Shown in pieces: positions 7,478 through 17,509 of a stretch of 64,000 bases of DNA (positions are counted from its first letter, which is position 1; every line of letters begins with the position of its first letter). Source of the stretch: an uncultured Actinomycetes bacterium (GTDB lineage Bacteria; Actinomycetota; Actinomycetes; Streptosporangiales; Streptosporangiaceae); NCBI GenBank assembly GCA_963770535.1, contig CAVYPZ010000002.1, forward strand, positions 11,641 through 75,640, given 5' to 3'. Position numbers and translations under genes: made by a program. A model generated the notes under the pieces. The model worked only from the letters and a program-made list of their open reading frames with translations, made no database searches and was not told where the DNA came from.

Positions 7478-8518
7478 TCAGTGCCCGGTGAATGCCTGCT
7501 GGGCCGCCCAGAAGGCAGCCTTGGGTCTCCATGGCATGTCGGGGTAGCGGGTGCCCGGATTGCTGGTGATTGCCACGAGGCCGAATGAGGCCATGTCGAG
7601 GTCTTCGGCTGGTATGCCGGGCCGGTGCGGGAGGGCGTAGCCGGCGAAGGTGAACCAGAATGCGTCGTCGATGCTTTCTGCGGCGAAGATGTCCCATGTC
7701 TGGGTCAGGTAGCGGGCCTGCTCCTGTTCGTCACGCCGGATTCCGGGCCGTATGCGCGGCGGGGTCTGCGTGGTGTCCAGCGCCAGGAAGCCGGCCGGGC
7801 CGCGGTCAGCGGCCCCGGCGTAGGTGCAGCATCCGAACTCGGTGACCGATACGGGCTTGCCCCAGCGGCGGTAGGCGTGGAGCACCTGGCGGAAGGTGGC
7901 GGCGTTGCCGGCGTCGCGGTAGGCGTTGACGGATACGCGGTCGTAGCGGCTCCAGTCAACGTCCTCCCACAGGCCTGCTGCGTAGGTGATCGGCCCCGTG
8001 AACTCCCGGCGGGCCGCTGCGGTGATGCGGCTGTGGGCGGCGTCTGCGCGGTCGTTTGCCTGCTGGAGGACGTCGGGCGGTGCCGAGCCCAGGAGCGGCA
8101 CGCGGTCGAAGTAGGTATCACCGGGCAGGAAGCCGGCCACGTGAAGCGTGAACTCGCAGCCGAGCACGAGAACCACGCTGACCTTGCCGCGGCGGAGTTC
8201 CTCAGCGCGGGCCGCTGCCGCACGCAGGTAGCCGGCGAGCCCGTCGGCGTCCAGGTCGCAGGGAAACGGCGAGAACCAGACCGTCAGGCCCGCGGCATGG
8301 GCGGCCTCGGCCGCCGCGGTGAGCCGGTCCAGGTCGTCGCCGGTGACGCGGACCGCATCCGCGCCCAGGTCGCCGGCGATGACCGTCATCTCGCGCCGGG
8401 CAAGGTCAGCGTCGAAGGCCGGGCGGGTCTGTATTCCCCCGATCTCCATGCCCGTGTCATACCCGATGCCCCTTGCCGGGCCGCACTGCGCCGTGGAGCG
8501 TTCATTCCTGGACTCCAT
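7478..8518 (-). CDS. TIM-barrel glycoside-hydrolase-like protein (clan GH-A-like), family uncertain
   Basis: 346 aa with an alternating beta/alpha pattern. Candidate catalytic acids in ..LVLGCEFTLH.. and ..PVSVTEFGCCTY... Divergent from a TetR gene. Confidence 0.5.
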   Translation of the reverse strand: MESRNERSTAQCGPARGIGYDTGMEIGGIQTRPAFDADLARREMTVIAGDLGADAVRVTGDDLDRLTAAAEAAHAAGLTVWFSPFPCDLDADGLAGYLRAAAARAEELRRGKVSVVLVLGCEFTLHVAGFLPGDTYFDRVPLLGSAPPDVLQQANDRADAAHSRITAAARREFTGPITYAAGLWEDVDWSRYDRVSVNAYRDAGNAATFRQVLHAYRRWGKPVSVTEFGCCTYAGAADRGPAGFLALDTTQTPPRIRPGIRRDEQEQARYLTQTWDIFAAESIDDAFWFTFAGYALPHRPGIPAEDLDMASFGLVAITSNPGTRYPDMPWRPKAAFWAAQQAFTGH

Positions 8519-8535
8519 TGTCCAGTAATATCACT

Positions 8536-8557
8536 TACGAGACTTGCGAGTCTAGTA
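8536..8557. promoter_or_regulatory. imperfect palindrome, candidate TetR operator
   Basis: TACGAGACTTGCGAGTCTAGTA has 9 of 11 symmetric pairs. It lies in the 46-nt divergent gap between 7478-8518 (-) and the TetR gene (+). Confidence 0.4.
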
Positions 8558-8564
8558 TTAAGGC

Positions 8565-9281
8565 ATGCGCATCGAGGAGCACGAGGAGACGGCACCCGGC
8601 GGCACCGGAGGAAACGCCCCTCCCCGGCGCCCCGGGCGGCCCAAGTCACAAGCCAAGAGGGCGCGCATCGCCGAGTGCGGCCGCGAGCTGTTCCTGCGTA
8701 ACGGGTACTCGGGGACCACGCTGGCCGATGTGGCCGCAGCGGCAGGCGTGGCACGACAGACGGTCTACTCTCACTTCCCCGATAAGGAAGCGCTGTTCGA
8801 GGCGGTCGTGGCGGACGTCCGCGCCAGAGTCGCCCGGCACGCGGGGGAACTCACCGGATCAGCGCTCCAGGCCCGGCCCGGGGCCGGCGCACGGGACTAC
8901 CTGGAAGGCCTTGCCCGGTACTACGTCCAGATCCTCACCGACCCGGAGGTGGCCGCCCTGCGCCGCCTCGCCATCACCGAGTCGGCCCGGACCCCGGGCC
9001 TGCGGGCAGCCTGGCAGGCCCACGGGCCCGCCGGGACACGCGACGCGATCGCGGCGTACCTGTCGCGATGCCCCGGGCTCCGCATCGACGACACCGGCCT
9101 CGCCGCCGACCACTTCCTCGCGCTCGTCGGCCACCGCCCCATCATCGACACGCTGTTCGGAACAAAGGACAGCGCCAGCGAACCCCGGCGCCTGGCCAGC
9201 GCGGTCGACCTGTTCATGCGCGCCTACCAGGCCCCCGCCCCGGGTGAACCACGCCGGGACGGCAGGAACAGGCGCGTGTAA
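8565..9281 (+). CDS. TetR-family transcriptional regulator
   Basis: N-terminal HTH ..RIAECGRELFLRNGYSGTTLADVAAAAGVARQTVYSHFPDKEALF... The stop codon lies at the proposed IS left end. Confidence 0.85.
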   Translation: MRIEEHEETAPGGTGGNAPPRRPGRPKSQAKRARIAECGRELFLRNGYSGTTLADVAAAAGVARQTVYSHFPDKEALFEAVVADVRARVARHAGELTGSALQARPGAGARDYLEGLARYYVQILTDPEVAALRRLAITESARTPGLRAAWQAHGPAGTRDAIAAYLSRCPGLRIDDTGLAADHFLALVGHRPIIDTLFGTKDSASEPRRLASAVDLFMRAYQAPAPGEPRRDGRNRRV

Positions 9282-10684
9282 AAGCACCGGCGACGCCTCG
9301 TGAAACCGCCAGAGAACAGGTTCCCGGCGATGCCCGCGGATGCCGCGCTGCCGGTTCCGGAGTCGCTTGCGACGCTGCTGTCCGCCTACGCTCCCTTGTT
9401 CACCGCCCCGTCGTTCCGCGCTTACCGCCCTGGCCTGCGGCTTCCTCGCCCAGTCCGGGAAGCGGACGGTCTGCGGCATGCTGACGGGCGCGGGACTGTC
9501 GCGGCTGTGGCCGCACGACCGGGCGCACTACTTCTTCTCCCGCGCCCACTGGAACCCTGATGACCTGGGAATATGCGTGGCGAAGCTGGTCATCGGGCTG
9601 CTAGTGACGGACGGGGAGCCCGTGGAGGTCCTGATCGACGACACCCTGTTCCGGAGGCGGGGAAAACGAGTCTGGGCAGCATCGTGGTTTCATGACGGAT
9701 CAGCCGCCGGGCCCGCGAAGACGGGGTTCGGGAACAACTGGGTGCTGCTCGCCGTCCGCGTCCGGCTGCCCATGATCTCCAGGCCCGTCGCGGTCCCGGT
9801 GATGGCGAAGCTGGTGATCAAGGGCACCATGTCGTCCTCCCGGCTGTGGCTGGCCCGCTGCCTGGTCACCCGCCTGGCCCGCGAGCTGCCCGGCCGGAAG
9901 ATCCACGTCACCGCCGATTCCGCCTACGCCGGCGAGGAGCTGAAGCAGCTGCCGCCCGGCGTGACCTGGACCACCCGGCTCCGCGCCAACGCCCTCTACT
10001 ACGGGCTCCCGCCGGCCCGCACCGGGAAGAAAGGCAGGCCCCGCACGAAGGGAGACAGGCTGCCCTCTCTAGCGGCAATCGCCGGGAATGCGGAGTTCTC
10101 GCAGGTCACCGTCACCCGTTACGGCAAGACCGAGACCATCGCCGTGTGCGCGTTCACCTGCCTGTGGTACCACGTCACGGGCACGGGGCAGGTCACCGTC
10201 ATCCTGATCCGCGACAAGAAGAAGACCGGGTACGACCTCGCCCTCATCACCACGCAGCAGAACCCCCGGATCGCGCAGGCAATCGAAAGGTACGCCGCGA
10301 GATGGGCTATTGAAGTCATGATAGAAGATTCCAAGCAGGTCTTCGGCACCGGGCAGGCCCGCAGCCGCGCCGCGGCCGCCGTCGAGCGCACCGTCCCGTT
10401 CCAGCTCGCCTGCCAGGCCATCGCCGTCTGCTGGTACGCCACCGCTGGCTACCACCCCGCCGACACTGCCGCCCGCCGCCGCCTCGCCCCCTGGTTCACG
10501 TCGAAGGCAGAGCCGTCCACCGCCGACATGGCCGCCAAGCTCCGCCGCGTCCTCATCGCCGCCCGATTTAAGCGAACTTCCGCTGACCAGGCAAAACCCG
10601 AAGAAATCCATGCCATCCGCCTAGCCTGGGAAGACGCCTCCGACCTCGCCGCCTAAACCGCGAAAGTCGAGTGCTTCAAACACT
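9276..10684 (+). mobile_element. IS701-like (IS4 superfamily) insertion sequence, boundaries approximate
   Basis: Contains the transposase. Possible terminal inverted repeats are GTGTAAAAGCACCGGCGAC (left, from about 9276) and GTGTTTGAAGCACTCGAC (reverse complement of the right end, to about 10684). Confidence 0.5.
9300..10656 (+). pseudogene. DDE transposase, IS701-like, N-terminal frameshift
   Basis: Frame 0 reads ..ESLATLLSAYAPLFTAPSFRA. It switches near 9415-9425 to frame +1, which reads ..LTALACGFLAQSGKRTVCGMLTGAGLSRLWPHDRAHYFFSRAHWNPD.., VLIDDTLFRRRGK.., HVTADSAYAG.., YAARWAIEVMIEDSKQ. A single-nucleotide frame change is needed to join the two parts. Confidence 0.7.
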
Positions 10685-10983
10685 TGTCATCAGGAACCAC
10701 AATTTCCAACCGAGCCCGAGCTATGCGCCATTCTGTGAAGGCCTGGCCCCGTTCCCTAAGTGCTCTAATGGCGCGATCATCGGTAAGAGGTGGGGCACCT
10801 CCGCCCAGGAACAGACTGTATGTATCTTCATGGGCGATGGGCGCCAAGCGCTCTGATGCTGGCGGTTACACTCGCCACCATGGCGTCCATCCGGCGGTTT
10901 CGCCACTCGTTCGAAATCGCGAACAAGTGAGTCAAAATGGCGCCGACTAGAACACCAATGAAACCAAGTACAGCGGCGAGCAT
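10653..10983 (-). pseudogene. small membrane-anchored protein, frameshifted and clipped by the IS
   Basis: ATG at 10983 gives MLAAVLGFIGVLVGAILTHLFAISNEWRNRRMDAMVASVTASIRALGA. The sequence continues in another frame (..IAHEDTYSLFLGGGAPPLTDDRAIRALRERGQAFTEWRIARARLEIVV..) and its last codons run into the IS right end. Low-GC patch. Confidence 0.35.
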
Positions 10984-11113
10984 AGATTAAGCCTGCCATT
11001 CATTATTCTGACCGACGTACCCCAGTCACCCAATCATGACGTGACACAACTGTACTCTGATTCGCTGCCAGTTACCTAGTGCCGTAGCAAGCTACGTTAA
11101 ACCCCCCCGCGCG

Positions 11114-11476
11114 GTGGCAGGCGTCCTGATCGCGGCCCTTGTGCTCGCGGCATGCAGCGCCGCCGCACACAGGGAGAGCCGCCCATGGGCCGCTGGATGT
11201 GCTCGCGCAGAGGCAGACGCCTGGGACGCCGCGCTCGAAACCGGCCCCTTCATTGGTGTCACGACCCCGCACGACGTGATCGTTGCTCAAAAAAGGTTGA
11301 AAGCCATCGTCCCGGAGATTGTGGCTGCCCAGAAGTCCACGGCGGGGACCACCGTTACTGGACCCGTGACATCGATCAAGGCTGTACCGTTCCCAACACC
11401 ACTCGCCCGCCAGATGCGCCACATCGACGCCGACCTGGCCGCTTTCGGAGCCGCACGCGTCATCGCCGAATCATGA
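11114..11476 (+). CDS. putative lipoprotein
   Basis: GTG start. Signal-like sequence MAGVLIAALVLAAC with lipobox LAAC. No family recognised. Confidence 0.4.
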   Translation: MAGVLIAALVLAACSAAAHRESRPWAAGCARAEADAWDAALETGPFIGVTTPHDVIVAQKRLKAIVPEIVAAQKSTAGTTVTGPVTSIKAVPFPTPLARQMRHIDADLAAFGAARVIAES

Positions 11477-11589
11477 CGACGCAACTCGCAGATGGCCAGA
11501 GCTGATAAGGAAAAGGCCGCTCGGCATGGATCATCCCATCTCCACCGGAAGTTGACCTTGGTCCGATATTCGCGGGGTAGCCTGGGTCT

Positions 11590-12090
11590 GTGATCAGGCG
11601 GTGCCGGTCGTGGACGAAGGCGCACAGGGTCGGGGGCGCGGCCTGGGCGCTGTCGGTTCTGTGGGTGGGTATAGGAGCTGCGGCCAGCGGCTATGTCTTT
11701 TTCGTATCCACCCGGACCGTCTTGGACCCTACGAGCCCCTTCGGTGGGATGTTTGACTGGCCCGGCGGGAGCTCGAATGAGGCCGTTTTCGCCGCTGCCG
11801 CGCTGGCGGCGGTGGCATGGCTGGCGCTGACCATCCCGGTGCTGATCGCCGGATTGCGTCGGCTTCTCGGCTGGCCAGGCAAGCGGCTCATGGCAGCGGC
11901 GTGGGCAGGCGCGTGGGTTGCGGGCTTGGCGCTCATGGCGTTGATCCCGTCCAGTCTGGACTCCCCGGCAAAGGGCTACAGCGGCGGTCCCATCGTGAAC
12001 TGGCAGGAGTTGGTGATCGCTGCGGGGTTCCTGACGCTCGCAGCGGTAATGGCCTGGATACTCGCCAGACCAGCCGAACCGCAGGGGTGA
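11590..12090 (+). CDS. hypothetical membrane protein (about 4 TM helices)
   Basis: Hydrophobic segments AAWALSVLWVGIGAAASGYVFFV, AVFAAAALAAVAWLALTIPVLIAGL, AAAWAGAWVAGLALMALI and LVIAAGFLTLAAVMAWIL. Confidence 0.5.
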   Translation: MIRRCRSWTKAHRVGGAAWALSVLWVGIGAAASGYVFFVSTRTVLDPTSPFGGMFDWPGGSSNEAVFAAAALAAVAWLALTIPVLIAGLRRLLGWPGKRLMAAAWAGAWVAGLALMALIPSSLDSPAKGYSGGPIVNWQELVIAAGFLTLAAVMAWILARPAEPQG

Positions 12091-12242
12091 ACACCGGGCG
12101 TCCGCGTACAGCCACGAAGTACAGCAACGCACCCCGATATCCGCGCGCCTGACCCGGCAGCCACAGCAGTCCCAGCAGCGCGAAGTATCCCGTGACGTGA
12201 CTATGCAAGTAGTTCGGGACGAAAAGACCAGGTGCGATCCGC

Positions 12243-12861
12243 GTGCGACATCGGAAGAGAAACCACTTGGCGACGCCGGTGGTCATCGGTCGAACAATGG
12301 CCAGTGTGGAGGAGGTCGAGGTCGTCGTCGCCCATAGCGAGCGTGCGGCACTGGGCCGTCTCGGCGAGCCGTCGGCCGCGCCGGCGGCGGCGTGGGCCGC
12401 GGCGGGTGCCGCCGTGCGGATGCTGCACGACGCGCCGCAGCCACCCTGGCCCGGCCAGAGCCCCGGCGTGATCGCCTCGGGCCTCGACGGCGAATGCGGG
12501 TGGCTCGTCACCAACGGCGTCCTTCCTGCCGGCCTGGTCACGCGCAACCGCCGGGTCGCCGGGGCTGCGCTCCGGCCGTGGGCACCGGTGTTCATCGCAC
12601 GGCGACCTGCAGGTTGACCACGTGTTCGTCGCTGGTGATGAGGTCACCGGCGTGATCGACTGGTCCGGGGCGGCCCAGGGCGATGCCCTGTACGACCTCT
12701 CCATCGTGACGCTCGGGCACCAGGAGCACCTTGGCGACGTCGTCGCCGGCTACGGCACCGGCGTCAACCTCGACGTGATCCGCGCGTGGTGGTCGCTGCG
12801 AAGCCTGGTGGCGGCCCGCTGGCTGATCGAGCACGGCTTCGACCCGTCCTCGCCAGGCTGA
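12243..12861 (+). pseudogene. aminoglycoside/APH-family phosphotransferase, frameshifted and probably N-terminally truncated
   Basis: Upstream frame ends ..RPWAPVFIARRPAG*. The next frame reads HGDLQVDHVFVAGDEVTGVIDWSGAAQGDALYDL.. (catalytic HGD..N/D and IDWS motifs). One extra nucleotide near 12597-12600 separates them. Confidence 0.65.
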
Positions 12862-13002
12862 GAGTTCGACGTGCTGAGATCCCAGCTGTGAGGCTGCACA
12901 AGCAGCGCGCGTTACAGGCGCACCGTCATTTCTCCACATTGTAAACGGCGCTCAAATCTACTTTCTGTTGAGACGATGCACGCAGAGATCCGGATGCAGG
13001 CT

Positions 13003-13165
13003 TCACGCCAACTGAGATAGCCCCTGCCGCCGGTTGCAATGGGCCGGGCGTGCCGGAGCCACCAGCAACTCAGCGGCCTTCGCCGGTCGCCGCCGAACAC
13101 CAAGCCAGCCACGCCGAGTACCCGGCACGCCAGCAGGTAGACGATCTTGAGCGGCACCCGGCCAG
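13003..13165 (-). pseudogene. N-terminal scrap of an IS transposase (rve-type, IS481/IS3-like)
   Basis: ..VPLKIVYLLACRVLGVAGLVFGGDRR / AKAAELLV.. in two frames. This resembles the conserved leader of actinobacterial integrase-core transposases (..LRLLYL..SDRAKDAEILVLRHE..). Confidence 0.35.
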
Positions 13166-13717
13166 CCAGCCACCACTGCGTCAAGCCTATTGGCGATAGC
13201 GCAGGTCAGCCACTCAATCGAGTGGTCGGGTGGCACACTGTGCCGGGCTACTCAAGATCAGGGCGAAAAGGCTCGCTGTTCAGCACGGATACCCTGCTCG
13301 TTGTTCGGATCGGCGGTCTTCTCATGAAGACATCCGAAGTGGCTCATCATGATCTGGTGATGCCTTTTGAGGTGAATCTTGACCCTGCGCACGGCCCAAG
13401 CCGCGCACAGAATCGATGCCGCGATGTTAGGCCAAATCGGATCGTAGAAGTCTGCGATTATCCAGTGATGAAACCATGTACTCACGCGTTTTCTTCCAAT
13501 CTCGCGGGGGCTGCCCTGGGCCCGGATATGCCGGCCGCCAAGGGCGGCAAAGTCCGACGCGGGGGAGGTTCCTCCCCAAACGTACAGAGCAGGCGCAGCC
13601 AATGCAGATACATCCAGCCCGGGTAACGAAGAGGCAGCCCGCCGGGCGGGTCTTTGCGTTCCGTGGGGCGTCGCGGCGTCCCGGACCTGGCTGGTGCAGG
13701 TCAGGACAAGATCGCCG

Positions 13718-13930
13718 GGTCATTAACCAGGGCGACGGGGGGTAACCAGGGTCAGTCAGGACTGCCAGGACGCGAGGTCAACGTCCCTGGCAGCCGTAAT
13801 CGCTGCGCTTCCCAAGCTGATAGTGCGAGTTCGATTCCCGTCACCCCTCCAGTTACGTTCGTGCAGGTCAGGGCCGCAATACACGCCCTGAGCCTTGATC
13901 ATTCTCACACCATCTTCTTGATCTTGCCGG
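13718..13930 (+). repeat. att relic D: degenerate arm motif + P arm + tRNA-Gly 3' half (mutated) + P' arm
   Basis: GGTCATTAACCAGGGCGACGGGGGGTAACCAGG..GGTCAACGTCCCTGGCAGCCGTAATCGCTGCG, then CTTCCCAAGCTGATAGTGCGAGTTCGATTCCCGTCACCCCTCCA (about 13808-13851). The P' arm is homologous to unit B (..GTTACGTTCGTGCAGGTCAGGGCCGC..). Confidence 0.75.
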
Positions 13931-14123
13931 CCATTACCACCGGTCCGCGCGGTGGGCGGCGGTCACTCTCGGAACACACACACGCCAGGTCAGCGACCCT
14001 GGCCCGCGTGGATACGACGATGTGCAAGCAGGAGGTCGCCGGCATTGCGAGGACATGGCGTTGCAGCTAGTGCTGGGGAGCCACAGCGATAGCGCGGGCC
14101 AGCACCAGCAAGAGTGGTGACAG

Positions 14124-14390
14124 TCAGTACCGCCGGTTTTCGCGGCGTTCCTTGCGGCGTCTGTGACGACGCATCACGCCCAACCCCAACCACACCAATG
14201 CCCCGAATACCGCCATCACGATGGTGTAGAGCCACAACGGCCAGATAAAGCTCCAGAAGAGGAAGTGGAACCTGACGTTCTCCCGGTTCTGGATGACGAA
14301 GATGAGCAGGACCGCCAGGCCGGAGAGCGAGGCGATCGCCCCGCCGCCGAGTCGCCGACCCGCTTGTTTCGCTTCAACCTGCTGGCTCAT
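14124..14390 (-). CDS. LapA/DUF1049-family small membrane protein
   Basis: MSQQVEAKQAGRRLGGGAIASLSGLAVLLIFVIQNRENVRFHFLFWSFIWPLWLYTIVMAVFGALVWLGLGVMRRHRRRKERRENRRY. The ATG at 14390 is preceded by a G-rich RBS. The longer track ORF is unlikely. Confidence 0.6.
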   Translation of the reverse strand: MSQQVEAKQAGRRLGGGAIASLSGLAVLLIFVIQNRENVRFHFLFWSFIWPLWLYTIVMAVFGALVWLGLGVMRRHRRRKERRENRRY

Positions 14391-14699
14391 CACACCCCCC
14401 ACTACACGTGACATCCACAGGGCGCGTCCAACCCGGTGCTCGCGAACCCCCGCTGTTTCGCGCCCCTCGCCATGTGCTCGGGCGGGACGTAGCCGCTGGC
14501 ACGTTTCATGCTCGTGCCGCTCGCCCATTAAACGACAGGGCAGAAAGTTCCGGCCGGGCGGTCGAGATGCTCTGGGGTCGCCTTCAATGCCTGGGCGTCC
14601 CGTGCTCTCATCTGGATCCCTCATGACCGTCTCACAGACTGGGGGACAGCAACGGACAAGGGCGTGCGCATCGGACACCTGCTCAATATGACTTGGAAA

Positions 14700-14945
14700 A
14701 CGGGTCACCCGCACAGGCCGAACACGCTGCGCCCATGCTGCGGACCGGCTGGGTGGTGGTTCGGCGGACAGTGCGGATGCTGTCAGTGGCCAGGTCGATC
14801 GTGAAGGTGCCCGCAGAGACGTAGACGGTCACGAATCCGGCGGGCGTGGACCCGCCCCAGGGCGATGTTCTGGCCGGTAACCATGACGATGCCGGTGTTG
14901 CTGGCGACCCGCTGGACGGTGACCGGCTCGGCTGAGCACTGTGGT
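14700..14945 (-). pseudogene. C-terminal scrap of an rve-type (IS481/IS3-like) transposase
   Basis: ..PVTVQRVASNTGIVMVTGQNIALGRVHA / GFVTVYVSAGTFTIDLATDSIRTVRRTTTQPVRSMG.. in two frames. This is a typical C-terminal tail of these transposases. Confidence 0.5.
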
Positions 14946-15257
14946 CGCGGCCCGGCTGGGCTGGCGCCCCGCAGGCGGCTGGCCTGGCGCCCGCAGGCGG
15001 CGGCCCTGGTCTCAGGTCAGCGGGCTGGGCCGGGTCCACAGCAGCTCGTGCACGCGGGCCACTCCGGTTGACGAGACATCAGACGGCGAGCTGCTGCTAC
15101 AGAGATTGAATTGTCAGGATTTCTCCCAGTTGATGCCTGCTCGGCGTGCCGTGATGACGCTGACTGGTTGTGGCAGGTAGCGCACTTCCTCCGCCCGGGC
15201 CAGGTCAACCTCGCAGAACCCACGTGCGGGACAGCCGGGACCGTCCTGCTCTCGAGC

Positions 15258-15410
15258 ATGATCACCGTGCAATCAGCCACGACAACGAGGGGTCAGTCAC
15301 AGCTACTGTCGCCGTCCGGTCCTGGCTGGTCAGCGGCCGTAGCGGTGCGAGTTCGATCCACCTCACCCGCTCCACAAGTCGAAGCCGCAGGTGAGGGCCG
15401 CAAGGCTGAG
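15258..15410 (+). repeat. att relic E: arm motif + P arm + diverged T-arm/acceptor end + P' start
   Basis: CATGATCACCGTGCAATCAGCC.., ..CTGGCTGGTCAGCGGCCGTAGCGGTGCGAGTTCGATCCACCTCACCCGCTCCA (ends 15374), then ..GCAGGTGAGGGCCGCAAGGCTGAGCC, which is homologous to the P' arm of unit D. Confidence 0.65.
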
Positions 15411-15469
15411 CCAGCGCGTGGGCTACACGCTGGAGCGGGAGAGGGGAGCCTGGTGGCCATGAGACGCGC

Positions 15470-15510
15470 GAGTGCCCCGGCCCAATGAGGTTACCGGGGC
15501 ACTCTTATTG
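15470..15510 (+). terminator. strong hairpin followed by CTTATT, terminator-like
   Basis: AGTGCCCCGG (15470-15479) pairs perfectly with CCGGGGCACT (15493-15502) across a 13-nt loop. The trailing sequence is CTTATTGCG. No adjacent intact gene is assigned to it. Confidence 0.35.
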
Positions 15511-16085
15511 CGCGCCAAGGTTCGGGCTCTGGCTTCATGGGCTCTCGCCTGTCCTTGCGCATCGACGGCGGCTATGCGTATGGCGACCAGCGGTGCCACC
15601 GATCCAAAAGATGGCGGACAACGTGGGGCCTGTGCGGCCTGTGCGGGTGAAGGGCCATCATGACCTCCCTTCCTTCAGTGCAGACGTACACCTCCGGACG
15701 TTCTGGCATTAGGGGCCTTGGACCCGTTTCCAGCGTGATATAGAGCACAGTCACCCTTACGCGGAGCTGGCCGTGCTGATCGGGGGGGAATCACGATCAC
15801 GGCCGCAGCCAGGCGGGGGCAGGTCGCGGGCATCCAGCCGGGACGGCAAGGTCTTGACCCGGTAGCCGTCCAGCAGCCCGTGCACCTGGTCCACGCCAGC
15901 CTGCAGCGGGATGGTGCGCCCGGCCAGCGCGGGTCCCAGCCAGATCTGCTACCCGGCCACAGCTACAGGACACCGGCCGGGATCGAACTGATAAGGATGA
16001 GGTCGATGTGTCAGGCTCATCTAGGCCACCACCCAAACACCCAGGTCACACGCTTAAGCCAACGTTACTGCGGCGACGCGCTGCC

Positions 16086-16433
16086 TCAGTCGGCCCGGCC
16101 GTAGACCGTAAAGTCGATCTCGATGCCAGCGAGCGGGGGGTTTTCCGGGCTGGCCAGGAACGTCACCACCTCACCCGGCACCTCGTACACCCTGCTGACC
16201 GATCCCCCCGGCGGGACGGTAAAGGAGTCAAGAGCCGTGATGAAATTGGCGTTGATCGTGTTCGGCTGGTCAACGTGCGAAACACCGATGACCACCGGCG
16301 CCGGGCTGTTCACCCAATTGTCAACCGATAGCCGGATGGTGCGGTAGGCAGACAAGTCCAGCTGGGCGAGTTCTGACTCGTCCTCGTCAACTGTCATCTG
16401 ATTGCCGTCAGCCAGGAGCTTCGTGTTAGGCAT
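16086..16433 (-). CDS. hypothetical protein (beta-rich, 115 aa)
   Basis: Clean ORF with a protein-like sequence (..YRTIRLSVDNWVNSPAPVVIGVSHVDQPNTINANFITALDSFTVPPGGSVSRVYEVPGEVVTFLA..). No family recognised. Confidence 0.5.
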   Translation of the reverse strand: MPNTKLLADGNQMTVDEDESELAQLDLSAYRTIRLSVDNWVNSPAPVVIGVSHVDQPNTINANFITALDSFTVPPGGSVSRVYEVPGEVVTFLASPENPPLAGIEIDFTVYGRAD

Positions 16434-16696
16434 ACGCCGACCGTAGCGGATAGATCATCGACTCTGCCCACCCCTGGCAGCAATGCGGCGGCGGGTACGC
16501 GCCTGCTCACGGACCGGGCGGCTGCGGCGGGACCGCGGCGCCTCTTACGTGCGGGCCTCGCGCGCAGATTTGCTAACAACGGACCCCTGGGCAACGCCAG
16601 ATAGAACTGGCTCAGGCGACCGCACGCGTCCCCCGCGAGCGGGCCTGTCCGACCACTACGGACTGGCCTGGACTACCGTTCTGTTGCGGGAGGTTC

Positions 16697-17509
16697 TCAC
16701 GCCGCCTTCAGTTCCGCACGTTCGTGCCCGCGGTGCAGGAACGCGGTGATCACCGGGCCGACCTCGTGCGCGCTGTCCAGCAGAACGAGATGCCCTCCGC
16801 CTTTGACCGTGTGCAGCCGCGCCGACGGGATCAGCCTCGCCATCGTCCGGTGATTCACATGCGGTGTCACCGGGTCATCGTCACCGCACAGGACCAGCGT
16901 CTCGTGCCGGATCGACGGCAGCTGGAGCAGGCTGGTCCACCCGGCGAGGGCGGACAGGCGGAACGCCGCAGCCCGGAAGCTGCCCGGCTTGGACATCTTG
17001 AGGTCCGCGGCCAGTTCCGGCTCGGTCCTCATCCTCCCGCCGAACATGGCACCTGCGGTCTTGGCGAGCCGGTCGGGCTGGTAGCCGCGCGGATGCATCA
17101 TCCGCAGCAGCGCCATGGGCCGGCCGGGCAGGGCGGGGCCGCCGAACGAGGTGGACACCAGGATCAGCCTGTCTACCCGCTCGGGGTGGGACATGGCCAT
17201 CTGCTGGGCGACCGCGCCGCCGAACGACACGCCGAGGACGTGGGCGGAGTCAATGCCCAGATGATCGAGGATGCCCACGCCGATGTCCGCCAGGCCCCGC
17301 ATCGTCATCGGGGATGACGGCACCTGGGAGGAGCCGATGCCCGGGGCGTCGTAGGTGATCACCTGGCAGCCGTGAAGGTGCTCCACCAGAGACTCCCAGT
17401 GGTGCATCTCGCTGAAGATGCCGGAGTTCAGGAGGATCGGGACGCCTTCGCCCGCCGACTGGGCGTGAATGCGCAGGCCTCGGATGGTCATCTGGTAGTC
17501 GCGGATCAT
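16697..17509 (-). CDS. alpha/beta hydrolase (PhaZ-like layout)
   Basis: Nucleophile elbow GVSFGG, an oxyanion-region PILLNSG, and a C-terminal ..GGHLVLLD histidine. The overall order resembles poly(3-hydroxyalkanoate) depolymerase-type hydrolases. Confidence 0.85.
   Translation of the reverse strand: MIRDYQMTIRGLRIHAQSAGEGVPILLNSGIFSEMHHWESLVEHLHGCQVITYDAPGIGSSQVPSSPMTMRGLADIGVGILDHLGIDSAHVLGVSFGGAVAQQMAMSHPERVDRLILVSTSFGGPALPGRPMALLRMMHPRGYQPDRLAKTAGAMFGGRMRTEPELAADLKMSKPGSFRAAAFRLSALAGWTSLLQLPSIRHETLVLCGDDDPVTPHVNHRTMARLIPSARLHTVKGGGHLVLLDSAHEVGPVITAFLHRGHERAELKAA

Noticed and set aside
13258-13602. 114-aa minus-strand ORF in a low-GC patch.
   Set aside because: No RBS, no recognisable family, and odd composition. 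A competing plus-strand ORF (13147-13626) is equally unconvincing. Left unannotated.
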